Shown here: positions 49,023 to 58,004 of the stretch, one piece after another
Numbering within the stretch: position 1 is the first letter of the stretch
How the letters are laid out: every line of letters starts with the position of its first letter
Assembly: GCA_050248615.1 (NCBI GenBank)
Contig: JBFWSA010000005.1
Location: forward strand, 11,374-75,373
Source of the DNA: Simkaniaceae bacterium
GTDB lineage: Bacteria > Chlamydiota > Chlamydiia > Chlamydiales > Simkaniaceae
Direction of reading: 5' to 3'
DNA: 64,000 nt
The notes under the pieces: model-generated
What the model was told of the DNA's origin: nothing
The model's input: only the letters and a program-made list of their open reading frames with translations
The model's database searches: none
Made by a program: the position numbers and the translations under genes

Positions 49023-49931
49023 ATGCTGCGAAAGTACTTGTTGCCCACTTTTGCTTTCATGGGGCTACTCCTAGCCCTTTTTATGGTTTTTTACGGAGCG
49101 AGAAAACCACCCACTCCCCCCATCCTTTTTCCCCCTCCTGTTCCTCCCTATAAACATTACGTTGCTGGAGCAGGGATTGTTGAAGCCGCTTCTGAAGATA
49201 TCAGCATTGGAACCCCTTTCAATGAACTCGCAACAGATGTCTATGCAAAAGTAGGGGATCAAGTGACCAAAGGAACCCCTCTTTTTAAACTTGATACGCG
49301 TACCCTTGTTGCCGAATACGAAGAGGCCCAGCAAAAACGGGATGTTGCTTACACAAATTTCCAAGATCAAGCTACGCAGCTTTCTCTCTATCAAAACCTC
49401 AAAGATAAGCGCGCGGTGAGTGAAAATGCCTTTAATCAGCGCTACTATGCTGCAGAACTCGCACAAAAAGAGCTAAAAGAAGCGGAAGCGGCGCTAGAGG
49501 TGATCGCCTCAAAAATTGAACGCTCGACCATCCGTGCCCCCTTAGATGGGGAAATCTTGCAAGTCAATGTGCGTGTTGGTCAGTCGGTAGATGTCAACCC
49601 TTTCGATAACAAACCCCATATGCTTTTTGGGGTAACAAATCCTCTTCATATCCGTGTTGAAGTAGATGAAGCCGACTCCTGGCGCGTGCAAAAAGGGGCC
49701 CCTGCTGTTGCCTATGTTCGAGGGAATAGTTCGATCAAGGTAGACTTAAATTTTCTCTATATCGAACCCTATATCATTCCTAAAACAGCTCTCACAGGGG
49801 ATAATCAAGAACGTGTAGATACACGGGTCCTTCAAGTGATTTATGAATTTGACCGAGAAAATCTCCCGATTTATACAGGACAACTCATGGACGTATATAT
49901 TAAAGGGCTTCCCTCCAATGAAAAGTTTTAA
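49023..49931 (+). CDS. Efflux periplasmic adaptor (HlyD/DevB-like)
   Basis: Biotinyl-like VGDQVTKG, IRAPLDG and ERVDTRV. Confidence 0.9.
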   Translation: MLRKYLLPTFAFMGLLLALFMVFYGARKPPTPPILFPPPVPPYKHYVAGAGIVEAASEDISIGTPFNELATDVYAKVGDQVTKGTPLFKLDTRTLVAEYEEAQQKRDVAYTNFQDQATQLSLYQNLKDKRAVSENAFNQRYYAAELAQKELKEAEAALEVIASKIERSTIRAPLDGEILQVNVRVGQSVDVNPFDNKPHMLFGVTNPLHIRVEVDEADSWRVQKGAPAVAYVRGNSSIKVDLNFLYIEPYIIPKTALTGDNQERVDTRVLQVIYEFDRENLPIYTGQLMDVYIKGLPSNEKF

Positions 49932-51306
49932 ATGGATTCCCTTACTCTTCCTCACAGGATGTGCTGTCGGCCCTGATTATCAAACGCCCCAAGTGACCCT
50001 CCCCTCCCATTATGATACTACAGAAGATACAGGAGAACTAGATGCAGGAGAGCTGCAGCATTGGTGGACTGCTTTTAATGATCCTCTACTCGATGTCCTC
50101 ATCCATGAAGCTCTTTCGCAAAACTTCGATCTTCGTATCGCTGTTGAAAAAATCCATGAAGTGCGCGCCCTTTACCAAATCCAAGCGGCTGAGCTTTGGC
50201 CCAAAGTCGATCTGAATGGTGAAGTGACACGTGAAAGAGTGAGCCAAAGCCTTTTTGACTCCCCCTTTCTAGGGCCTCCTGTCCAAAGTCTCTATCGCGT
50301 CGGTTTTGATGCGAGTTGGGAGGTTGATATTTTTGGAAAACGGCGCCGCGAAAAAGAGGCCGCTTACTATGAATATGAAGCCGAAGTTGAAAATGCGCGG
50401 GGTGTTTATATCACTCTTCTCAGCGAAGTTGCTGCAAACTATATCGAGATTCGGGCCTTTCAACAAAAAATTTCCCTATCTGAGCGGGATATCTACATTC
50501 GTAAAGAGCTTCTGACACTCTCAGAGTCTCTTTTTCGTGCAGGACTCTCCAGCGAAATTGACGTGGAGCTTTTGCGCATTGGCTTAGAAGAAGCCCGCGC
50601 AGCTCTTCCGACACTCCAAACGGGTTACCGTCAAACGCTCAACCGCTTAGCCGTATTACTCGGAAAACCCCCAGAAAGTCTCCATGAAGAATTCACGGAG
50701 CGTCGCCCTATTCCTAGCAACCCTAACGCCATTCCCGTCGGTCTCCCCTCTGATCTTCTCAGAAGGCGTCCCGATATCCGACAAGCTGAGCGCACCCTTG
50801 CTGCTGCAACGGCAAATTTAGGTTCGGCAATAGCTGATCTTTTTCCCCGTTTTTCCCTCCTCGGGGCTTTTGGCTTTGATGGAGACCATGTGAACAATTG
50901 GATCCAAGCGCAAAGCCGCACCTGGACCTTAGGACCCACAATGCAATGGCCCATCCTCTATTTTGGACGTATCCGCTCTAATATTCGCGCTCAAAATTCT
51001 GTCCAAAAGCAAGCCCTATTAAGCTATGAGCAAACCCTTTTAACCTCCCTAGAAGATGTAGAAAACGCCCTGATTGCTTACTACAAAGAAGAGGAGCGAA
51101 AAAAGTATTTTGAAAAGCAAGTCGAGGCAGCAAAACGTCAGTATGCACTCAGCCGTGACCTTTACCTTTCAGGACTCTCCGATTTTTCAACATTTTTAGA
51201 AGCTGATCAAACCCTTGTAGAAGCAGAAACAAATCTCGTTAATAGTGAAGAAGGGTTTAGCACAAAATGCGTCGCCCTTTACAAAGCGTTAGGAGGAGAA
51301 TGGTAA
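49918..51306 (+). CDS. Outer membrane efflux lipoprotein (NodT/TolC family)
   Basis: Lipobox LFLTGC, WWTAFNDPLL, LLRRRPDIRQAE and LYKALGGEW. Confidence 0.93.
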   Translation: MKSFKWIPLLFLTGCAVGPDYQTPQVTLPSHYDTTEDTGELDAGELQHWWTAFNDPLLDVLIHEALSQNFDLRIAVEKIHEVRALYQIQAAELWPKVDLNGEVTRERVSQSLFDSPFLGPPVQSLYRVGFDASWEVDIFGKRRREKEAAYYEYEAEVENARGVYITLLSEVAANYIEIRAFQQKISLSERDIYIRKELLTLSESLFRAGLSSEIDVELLRIGLEEARAALPTLQTGYRQTLNRLAVLLGKPPESLHEEFTERRPIPSNPNAIPVGLPSDLLRRRPDIRQAERTLAAATANLGSAIADLFPRFSLLGAFGFDGDHVNNWIQAQSRTWTLGPTMQWPILYFGRIRSNIRAQNSVQKQALLSYEQTLLTSLEDVENALIAYYKEEERKKYFEKQVEAAKRQYALSRDLYLSGLSDFSTFLEADQTLVEAETNLVNSEEGFSTKCVALYKALGGEW

Positions 51307-51307
51307 C

Positions 51308-52468
51308 ATGCTTTTCTTATCGTTAAAGATTTTGATCGGAGATAAAGCCAAATTTATTGGGATCATCTTAGGCCTTAGCTTTTCGGCTTTGATCATCACC
51401 CAACAAGCGGCCATCTTTGTAGGGCTCATGACCCGCACCTTTGGATTTATCACTGACACGTCTCAGCCTAACATTTGGGTGATGGATGAAAAAGTGCGTT
51501 ACATCGATGACATGAAACCGCTCAGAGACACGCAGCTTTATCAAGTGAGAGGGATAGAAGGGGTCGAGTGGGCCGTTCCTTTTTATAAAGGTCTTCTGAA
51601 GGCGCGCCTGCGCAATGGAAATTTCCAAATGTGTAATGTGATTGGCATTGATGATGCGACACTCATTGGAGGTCCCCCTCGGATGCTTGAGGGAGAATTG
51701 ACCGACCTTAGACTCACTGATGCCATCATTGTGAATAAGGAAGGGGCCAATGACAAACTCGCTATCGATGCAGGAAGAAATGGAAGGAATCTCATTCCCC
51801 TCCAAGTGGGAGAAACCCTTGAAGTCAACGACCACCGCGCAAAAGTGGTGGGTATTTGTGAAACAACCCGCACCTTCCAGTCTCAGCCCGTGATCTATAC
51901 GACCTATTCACGTGCCACGACCTTTGCCCCTTTCGAGCGGAAGCTGCTCTCCTATGTTTTGGTAAAATCTAAACCAGGAGTCGACCCTCAAGTTCTCTGT
52001 CAAAGGATCGGTCAGTACACGGGACTCAAAGCCTATACCAGCCCAGCATTCAAAAAATTAACCGTTGAATACTATATGTGGCAAACCGGAATCCTCTTAA
52101 ATTTCGGGGTGGCAGTCTTTTTAGGGTTTGTCATTGGGGTCGCCATTTCAGGCCAAACCTTCTATAACTTTATTCTGGATAATTTGCGCTTCCTCGCCAC
52201 CTTTAAAGCCATGGGAGCGAATAACCGCCTCCTGACAAAAATGGTGCTTCTCCAAGCCGCTTGGGTGGGATTTATCGGATGGGGATTAGGCATTGGAATC
52301 GCTGCCCTTTTCGGTATTCTTTCGCGCAATAGCCCCTTATCCTTCTTGCTCCCTTGGGAACTTTATGCGCTGAGTTGCGTGGTGATGTTTTTGATTACCG
52401 GTCTTGCAGCCTGGATTGGGCTCTACCGGGTGTATCGGGTCGACCCTGCCATCGTGTTTAAGAGTTAA
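51308..52468 (+). CDS. ABC transporter permease (FtsX/DevC-like)
   Basis: Periplasmic domain, ATFKAMGA and terminal DPAIVF. Confidence 0.9.
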   Translation: MLFLSLKILIGDKAKFIGIILGLSFSALIITQQAAIFVGLMTRTFGFITDTSQPNIWVMDEKVRYIDDMKPLRDTQLYQVRGIEGVEWAVPFYKGLLKARLRNGNFQMCNVIGIDDATLIGGPPRMLEGELTDLRLTDAIIVNKEGANDKLAIDAGRNGRNLIPLQVGETLEVNDHRAKVVGICETTRTFQSQPVIYTTYSRATTFAPFERKLLSYVLVKSKPGVDPQVLCQRIGQYTGLKAYTSPAFKKLTVEYYMWQTGILLNFGVAVFLGFVIGVAISGQTFYNFILDNLRFLATFKAMGANNRLLTKMVLLQAAWVGFIGWGLGIGIAALFGILSRNSPLSFLLPWELYALSCVVMFLITGLAAWIGLYRVYRVDPAIVFKS

Positions 52469-52471
52469 TCT

Positions 52472-53170
52472 ATGGATAATGTCGCCGTAAAATGTGAAAA
52501 AATTCATAAATCCTTCGGAGAAGGAGCCCTCCGTTTTGAAGTCCTCCATGGGGTCAACCTAGAGGTAAAACGGGGAGAGCTGCTCATGTTAGTGGGCCCT
52601 TCAGGTTCGGGGAAAACGACATTGATCTCTATTATCGCGGGCATTCTTGGCTACGACGCAGGAGAGTGCACGATTTTTGGCCACAATCTCAATACCCTAT
52701 CCGACGCAGAAAAAACCATCTTTCGGGGAAAAAATCTGGGGTATGTTTTCCAAGCATTCAATCTTATTCCCATGCTTTCCAATGCCGAAAACGTTTCTAT
52801 TCCTCTTCTCTTAAATGGAGTCGAGCGCCTAGAAGCTCTCAGGCAAGCCAAAGAGCGCTTAGAACAATTTGGTTTGGGGGATAAAACCAACACCTATCCT
52901 AACGAGTTATCAGGAGGGCAGCAACAGAGAGTTGCCATCGCACGCGCTGTGATTCATAACCCTGATCTCATCGTCTGTGACGAACCTACCAGCGCTTTAG
53001 ACCACGAAAATGGAACCCTTGTGCTCAAACATTTGCGTGAAATTGTCACTAAAGAAAACCGCGCCCTGATCGTCGTCACCCATGACTCCCGCATTTTTGA
53101 ATTTGCCGACCGTATCGTTCACATGGAAGATGGGGTCATCACAGAAACCAAAGAAAATCACAACCACTAA
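52472..53170 (+). CDS. ABC transporter ATP-binding protein (DevA/LolD-like)
   Basis: GPSGSGKTT, LSGGQQQRVAIARA, DEPT and VTHD. Confidence 0.95.
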   Translation: MDNVAVKCEKIHKSFGEGALRFEVLHGVNLEVKRGELLMLVGPSGSGKTTLISIIAGILGYDAGECTIFGHNLNTLSDAEKTIFRGKNLGYVFQAFNLIPMLSNAENVSIPLLLNGVERLEALRQAKERLEQFGLGDKTNTYPNELSGGQQQRVAIARAVIHNPDLIVCDEPTSALDHENGTLVLKHLREIVTKENRALIVVTHDSRIFEFADRIVHMEDGVITETKENHNH

Positions 53171-53189
53171 CGCACAATGCGGGTTATTT

Positions 53190-53357
53190 TAACGCGTATT
53201 CTGACTTAAATCTTTATCAAAAGGATTAGATTTTTGATGAGATTTTCAGAAAAATCTGCGAAGGAGATAGCCAAAGCGCTATCTTCGAGCAGTTTTTCCT
53301 GAAAAGATCGCAAAAAGATAGCCCTTTTCATAAAGATTTAAGCCAGAATACGCGTTA
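53190..53357 (+). mobile_element. Palindromic MITE-like element family E (168 bp)
   Basis: TAACGCGTATTCTGACTTAAATCTT / AAGATTTAAGCCAGAATACGCGTTA. Homologous to 10621..10788, and its end overlaps the phytase TAA. Confidence 0.9.
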
Positions 53358-54398
53358 CTTGAGCCCGGTGCAAGTAAACCAGTCAAAAATGGCGTAATTA
53401 TTATCTCCATCATTGTGGGCAGCGAAAACTCCTGTGGGATAATGAGGAGGGATGGGAAGAGCGGTGGAGGCAATGCCATCACTGCGCCACACATCATGGA
53501 GGGCAAAGGATTTGATAAATTTATTCTTTCCTTCCCGGTTATACACCTTAAAGGTGGAGTCTCCTTGACTAGAGACAACGATATATCCTTTACGATTGGG
53601 TTTGCGGTAGATAGATAACCCTTCCCGGTCTCCACGAATATTATCTTGGACTCCAAACATTTGGATGAAAGGATCTTTCCCAACGGAAGGATCGGCAAAG
53701 TATTTCAAAATGGCATGTCTTTCATCGGAACAGTAAAAATACCCCCATTCATCATCCGCTACCATCCCTTCAACAAAACTCTTTTGATCTTTCTTCCCAA
53801 ACTTGCGAACAATGGTCCCTTTAAACTTTCCCGTTCCATCATCTTCAAGCATAATCTGATGAATATTGTCTGTCTCTTTCCGTGAAAGAAAAGCAAAAAG
53901 CTGTCCATCAGATAGACGTTTGTACAAGCAAATCCCGTAGGTTCTGTCGGGAAATCCAGAAGAGATTCCACCAAGCGTTGTAATATCAATGAGTTTGCGC
54001 GTCTCTTTATCCATCTTGAAAATTTTCATCTCATTGGTGCTCCGTATCCCACACGCCACCACATCGATCACCTCCCCTCCAAGATTGACATCATAACGGA
54101 CACTGACCCCTACAGGACGATTGAGGCGCTCGGAACGACTTACCTGCTTACCACTCATATCAAACACATAGAGAGCTCCCATAGGAGCTTTATCATTGCA
54201 AATAAGAACACTATTGATCGGGTTATCACGATCTGCCCAAATAGCCACTTCATCTGCCCTTCCAGGAAGAGAGCGGGTCTTGGCTCGAGAACGGGCCCCT
54301 TCTCTTGTGGCACGATGCCGAAAATCTGCGCACCCCACAAAAAAAAGGGGAAGAAGGAGTATCCAAAAAGGAATTAAAGACGTTTTCTTGCGATCCAT
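53355..54398 (-). CDS. Beta-propeller 3-phytase (probable lipoprotein)
   Basis: ADEVAIW, YGICLY, VEGMVADDE, DREGLSIY, VSSQGDSTF and SDGI, with lipobox-like FFVGC. Confidence 0.88.
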   Translation of the reverse strand: MDRKKTSLIPFWILLLPLFFVGCADFRHRATREGARSRAKTRSLPGRADEVAIWADRDNPINSVLICNDKAPMGALYVFDMSGKQVSRSERLNRPVGVSVRYDVNLGGEVIDVVACGIRSTNEMKIFKMDKETRKLIDITTLGGISSGFPDRTYGICLYKRLSDGQLFAFLSRKETDNIHQIMLEDDGTGKFKGTIVRKFGKKDQKSFVEGMVADDEWGYFYCSDERHAILKYFADPSVGKDPFIQMFGVQDNIRGDREGLSIYRKPNRKGYIVVSSQGDSTFKVYNREGKNKFIKSFALHDVWRSDGIASTALPIPPHYPTGVFAAHNDGDNNYAIFDWFTCTGLK

Positions 54399-54907
54399 AT
54401 AAGCAGTATGGCAACTCCTATGGTAATGGGCAACATGATGGTATAAAGATATTCCGCCATAACGGCTGCTGCTAAAGCAAAGAGACCTAAAACAATTCCA
54501 ATGATGAAAAAAGTCGCTTCAACATAGATCCCCGTGATAAAAATATTGAGTGAAAGGAGTGTTAACACAACGAGTCCCGCTTCAAAACGCCCCATGAGCC
54601 CAATCTTTACAAAAACAGAGATCAAATAAACACTCAAAGCTAATCCAAACCACTGCACCAATTCATGCCAAATAGTCGTAGGAGAAATCAGACGCTGTTT
54701 ATGTCTTAAATACCAAGAAAGAAAAAGGCACAGCACTGCAAAAAGGGGGACCATCACACGCCAATAATTCCAGGCCCCATTTTGGCGAATATCTGAAACA
54801 ATGAGCCCTACAAATGACAACCCTAACATAATGAGGCCAATCATGAGCCGCATCTTCCAGTGGTGGTGATGCTTTTTAATGACAATCTCTTTGTCTTGAT
54901 ACGCCAA
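54374..54907 (-). CDS. Membrane hypothetical protein
   Basis: 177 aa with about 6 TM segments, overlapping the phytase start. Confidence 0.75.
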   Translation of the reverse strand: MAYQDKEIVIKKHHHHWKMRLMIGLIMLGLSFVGLIVSDIRQNGAWNYWRVMVPLFAVLCLFLSWYLRHKQRLISPTTIWHELVQWFGLALSVYLISVFVKIGLMGRFEAGLVVLTLLSLNIFITGIYVEATFFIIGIVLGLFALAAAVMAEYLYTIMLPITIGVAILLIWIARKRL

Positions 54908-55018
54908 AATTTCGCTCCACTATTGAGGTAAAGTTTTAACGTAATGAATCAAAATGAAAAAGTCAATTGACATCAACAGGAATCTTTTTGAAAATTCTCC
55001 CCTTTAAGTGTTATAGAA

Positions 55019-55181
55019 GAGCCTATTCCTCTCATCCATTTGCGGAGATTTTTTAGATTTTTCTTGAAGATTTTTTTCATTCATTTTGAGGACATTGTCC
55101 AAGAGAAAAGGCCTCAAAACGAATGAAAAAAATCGGCAGAAAAGGCAAAAAATACCGGAAATGGATGAGTGGGATAGATTC
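55019..55181. mobile_element. Palindromic element family D (diverged copy)
   Basis: GAGCCTATTCCTCTCATCCATTT / AAATGGATGAGTGGGATAGATTC, with inner stem TTTTTTCATTCATTTTGAGG / CCTCAAAACGAATGAAAAAA. Flanked AA...AA and ends just before the prlC RBS. Confidence 0.75.
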
Positions 55182-55192
55182 AAGGAGCAAGA

Positions 55193-57310
55193 ATGGATGC
55201 GGATGCGCCGAGTTACTATGAATACTCCCTAATCTGTGAAGAAAGGGAGAACCCTCTCCTTAAAGAAGCAGGGTTGATTCTTTTTGATCAAATTCAGCCT
55301 TGCCATTTCATGCCTGCTTTTGAAGCTGTTATTGAAGAAGTCGAACCCAAACTCCAGGAGCTCGAAAAAACCCTCACCCCTTCTTGGGAAACCCTTGTAG
55401 ACCCTCTAGAACAGATCGAAGAAAAAATTTTTCGTGTGATTGGACCGATGATGCATCTTCTTTTGGTCACTGATTCCACTGAAATCCGTGTAGCGTGGAG
55501 CCATGTAGAACCTCTCATTACCCAATTTCAATTACGCATCAAACAGAGCCAGGCCCTTTATGATGCCTTCGAAACACTCAAAGAGAGTGCAGATTGGGAA
55601 AACTTTTCCAGTGCACAAAAAAGGATCATCAATCAACGCCTTTTGGATGCCAAACTTAAAGGAATTGAACTCGAGGGAGAGGAACTCGAAACATTCAATG
55701 CTCTCATCTGCAGATTAAGCGAACTGCAAACCACTTATGTATCCAACATGCGGGATGCAGCAAAAAACTACTCTCTCATTGTGAAAGATCCTCAAAAGAT
55801 TGAAGGAGTCCCTTATGCAATCTTAAAGCTCACTTCTGAATCCTATAACATCGTGCGGGAAGAAGAGGACCCCCTTTCGACTCCCACTCAAGGCCCCTGG
55901 AAACTCTCTTTGGCCCGCCCCATTTACTCTGCCATCATCCGCCATTGTCATAACAGACAACTCCGTGAAACGCTTTATCGAGCTCAAATTCAAAAAGCCT
56001 CTCTTGGAGCTTTGGATAATACAGAAAACTTACGAAAACAGTTGGAAATTCGTAAAAGACTCGCCGAACTTTTAGGTTTTAATTCCTATGCAGATCTTAG
56101 TCTTGCAACCAAAATGGCACCCGATGTAGAGGCTGTCCAAAATTTCTTGGAAGAGCTGCGCGATGCCTCCTGGATAGCAGGACGTCAAGACCTTCTAGAC
56201 GTACAACTTTTTGCCGCCCGTACGGGATTTCGAGAACCCTTCATGCCCTGGGACTTCCCTTATTGGTCTGAGCGCCTCAAAGAAGATCGGTTTCACCTTT
56301 CAGAAAAAGAACTGAAACCTTACTTCCAGCTTCCCAAAGTTCTGGAGGGCTTATTTGATCTTTGTCACAAACTTTTTGGGATTGAAGTGGTTCCTGCAGA
56401 TTTCAAAGCTCCGGTATGGCATCAAGATGTCAGCTATTACACCATCAAAGATGATGCGGGCAATCAGGTGGGATCCTTTTATTTAGATCCCTATGCACGT
56501 GACTCCAAACGGGGAGGTGCTTGGACCGAAACCTGCCAAAATCGTGTCTGGATCGATGGAAATCTCCAGCTTCCGATTGCTTATATTGTCTGTAATGCAA
56601 CGCCTCCAACCCAAAATGTTCCCGCCCTTCTTGCTTTCCAAGAAGTGGTCACTCTCTTTCATGAATTTGGTCACGCTTTGCAACATGTCCTCACAAGTGT
56701 TGACTATGCAAGTGTTTCTGGAACCAATGGCATGGAGTGGGATGCTGTAGAGATCGCGAGCAAATTTATGGAAAACTGGTGCTACCACAAACCCACACTG
56801 AGACAAATCACAGCCCACTACCAAACAGGAGAACCCCTCCCCGAAGTCCTTTTGGATAAAATCCTAGTCTCCCGCACCTTTAATGCCGCTTCGGATATGC
56901 TTGCCCAACTAAAATATAGCCTCTGCGACCTAGCTTTACATGATGACTTCGATCCCCTAAGCCCCCTTTCTCCTTTTGATATCTGGTATGAAATCTGCCT
57001 CACGACCTCTCACCTCCCCTGCATGCAAGAGGACCGCTTTCTCTGTTCATTCCATCATATTTTTGGAGGAGATGACTATGCGGCTGCTTACTACAGTTAC
57101 AAGTGGGCCGAAGTACTCAGCGCCGATGCTTTTCAACTTTTTGAAGAGGCTGCTGGTGAGGATTGGTCTCTTTTGAGAGAGGTGGGTGAAAATTTTAAAA
57201 CAACTTTTTTAGAATTAGGAGGCAGCATGCATCCCATGGAGGTCTTTGAACTCTTCCGAGGACGCCCCCCTTCTATCGATGCACTCCTGAAGCAAAATGG
57301 ATTCCACTAA
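55193..57310 (+). CDS. prlC: Oligopeptidase A (M3A)
   Basis: KRGGAW, FHEFGHALQH, WDAVE..SKFMENW and YYSYKWAEVL. Confidence 0.93.
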   Translation: MDADAPSYYEYSLICEERENPLLKEAGLILFDQIQPCHFMPAFEAVIEEVEPKLQELEKTLTPSWETLVDPLEQIEEKIFRVIGPMMHLLLVTDSTEIRVAWSHVEPLITQFQLRIKQSQALYDAFETLKESADWENFSSAQKRIINQRLLDAKLKGIELEGEELETFNALICRLSELQTTYVSNMRDAAKNYSLIVKDPQKIEGVPYAILKLTSESYNIVREEEDPLSTPTQGPWKLSLARPIYSAIIRHCHNRQLRETLYRAQIQKASLGALDNTENLRKQLEIRKRLAELLGFNSYADLSLATKMAPDVEAVQNFLEELRDASWIAGRQDLLDVQLFAARTGFREPFMPWDFPYWSERLKEDRFHLSEKELKPYFQLPKVLEGLFDLCHKLFGIEVVPADFKAPVWHQDVSYYTIKDDAGNQVGSFYLDPYARDSKRGGAWTETCQNRVWIDGNLQLPIAYIVCNATPPTQNVPALLAFQEVVTLFHEFGHALQHVLTSVDYASVSGTNGMEWDAVEIASKFMENWCYHKPTLRQITAHYQTGEPLPEVLLDKILVSRTFNAASDMLAQLKYSLCDLALHDDFDPLSPLSPFDIWYEICLTTSHLPCMQEDRFLCSFHHIFGGDDYAAAYYSYKWAEVLSADAFQLFEEAAGEDWSLLREVGENFKTTFLELGGSMHPMEVFELFRGRPPSIDALLKQNGFH

Positions 57311-58004
57311 GATTGATCATCCTGAAATCCAGCTTATTAAAGCTTGCATAAAAGTAAAATATTTAGTAAAAGCTTTGCAAATTTCAGGAGAACTTATGAG
57401 TTGTGGATTAGAAGCTTTAAAAAAAGCCCCACAAGTAGAGACTTACTATGATCATTTTGAAGTTCTGGGGATGGTGGGAGATCTGCCTATCACCATCACG
57501 AGAGATAACGTTCAAACCTATGCGCCTCAGTTGACAGCGCTCCATTTAGCTAATAAAAATCTCACCACTATTCCCCCTATCGTTTTTCAACTCACCTCTC
57601 TTAAACGTCTCGATTTGTCAGGAAACAGCATCTCCTCCGTACCAGAGGGGATGACGCGGTTAGAAAACCTTGAAGTCCTCGATTTAAGCAAGAACCACCT
57701 CACGCACTTCCCGCCTATTCCCCGACAACTTCAAAAGCTCTTCTTAGCAGAAAATCGCATTGAATCGATTCCCGATCTCTCAGAGACAGCCCTTAGCATT
57801 CTTGATTTAGAGTCGAATGGTGTGCAGTTTTCGATTCAATGGCGTTTCCCTCTAGGGATTGTAAGAGCACAGCTCTCGCATAATCTGATTGTATCCCTGC
57901 CAGATTTAAGCCCCTATTCTCAGCTTCGCATTTTAGAGCTCAGGGGTAATCCTTTAGACGAAGAATGTTTAAAGGGACTCACGATTGAGAAAATCGAAAT
58001 TTAA
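57297..58004 (+). CDS. Leucine-rich repeat protein
   Basis: Repeated LxxLxLxxNxL/I units. Confidence 0.88.
   Translation: MDSTKIDHPEIQLIKACIKVKYLVKALQISGELMSCGLEALKKAPQVETYYDHFEVLGMVGDLPITITRDNVQTYAPQLTALHLANKNLTTIPPIVFQLTSLKRLDLSGNSISSVPEGMTRLENLEVLDLSKNHLTHFPPIPRQLQKLFLAENRIESIPDLSETALSILDLESNGVQFSIQWRFPLGIVRAQLSHNLIVSLPDLSPYSQLRILELRGNPLDEECLKGLTIEKIEI

Noticed and set aside
49023..53170. Tripartite ABC exporter as a novel secretion system
   Set aside because: It is an ordinary DevBCA/MacAB-TolC-like layout with no adjacent cargo identified.
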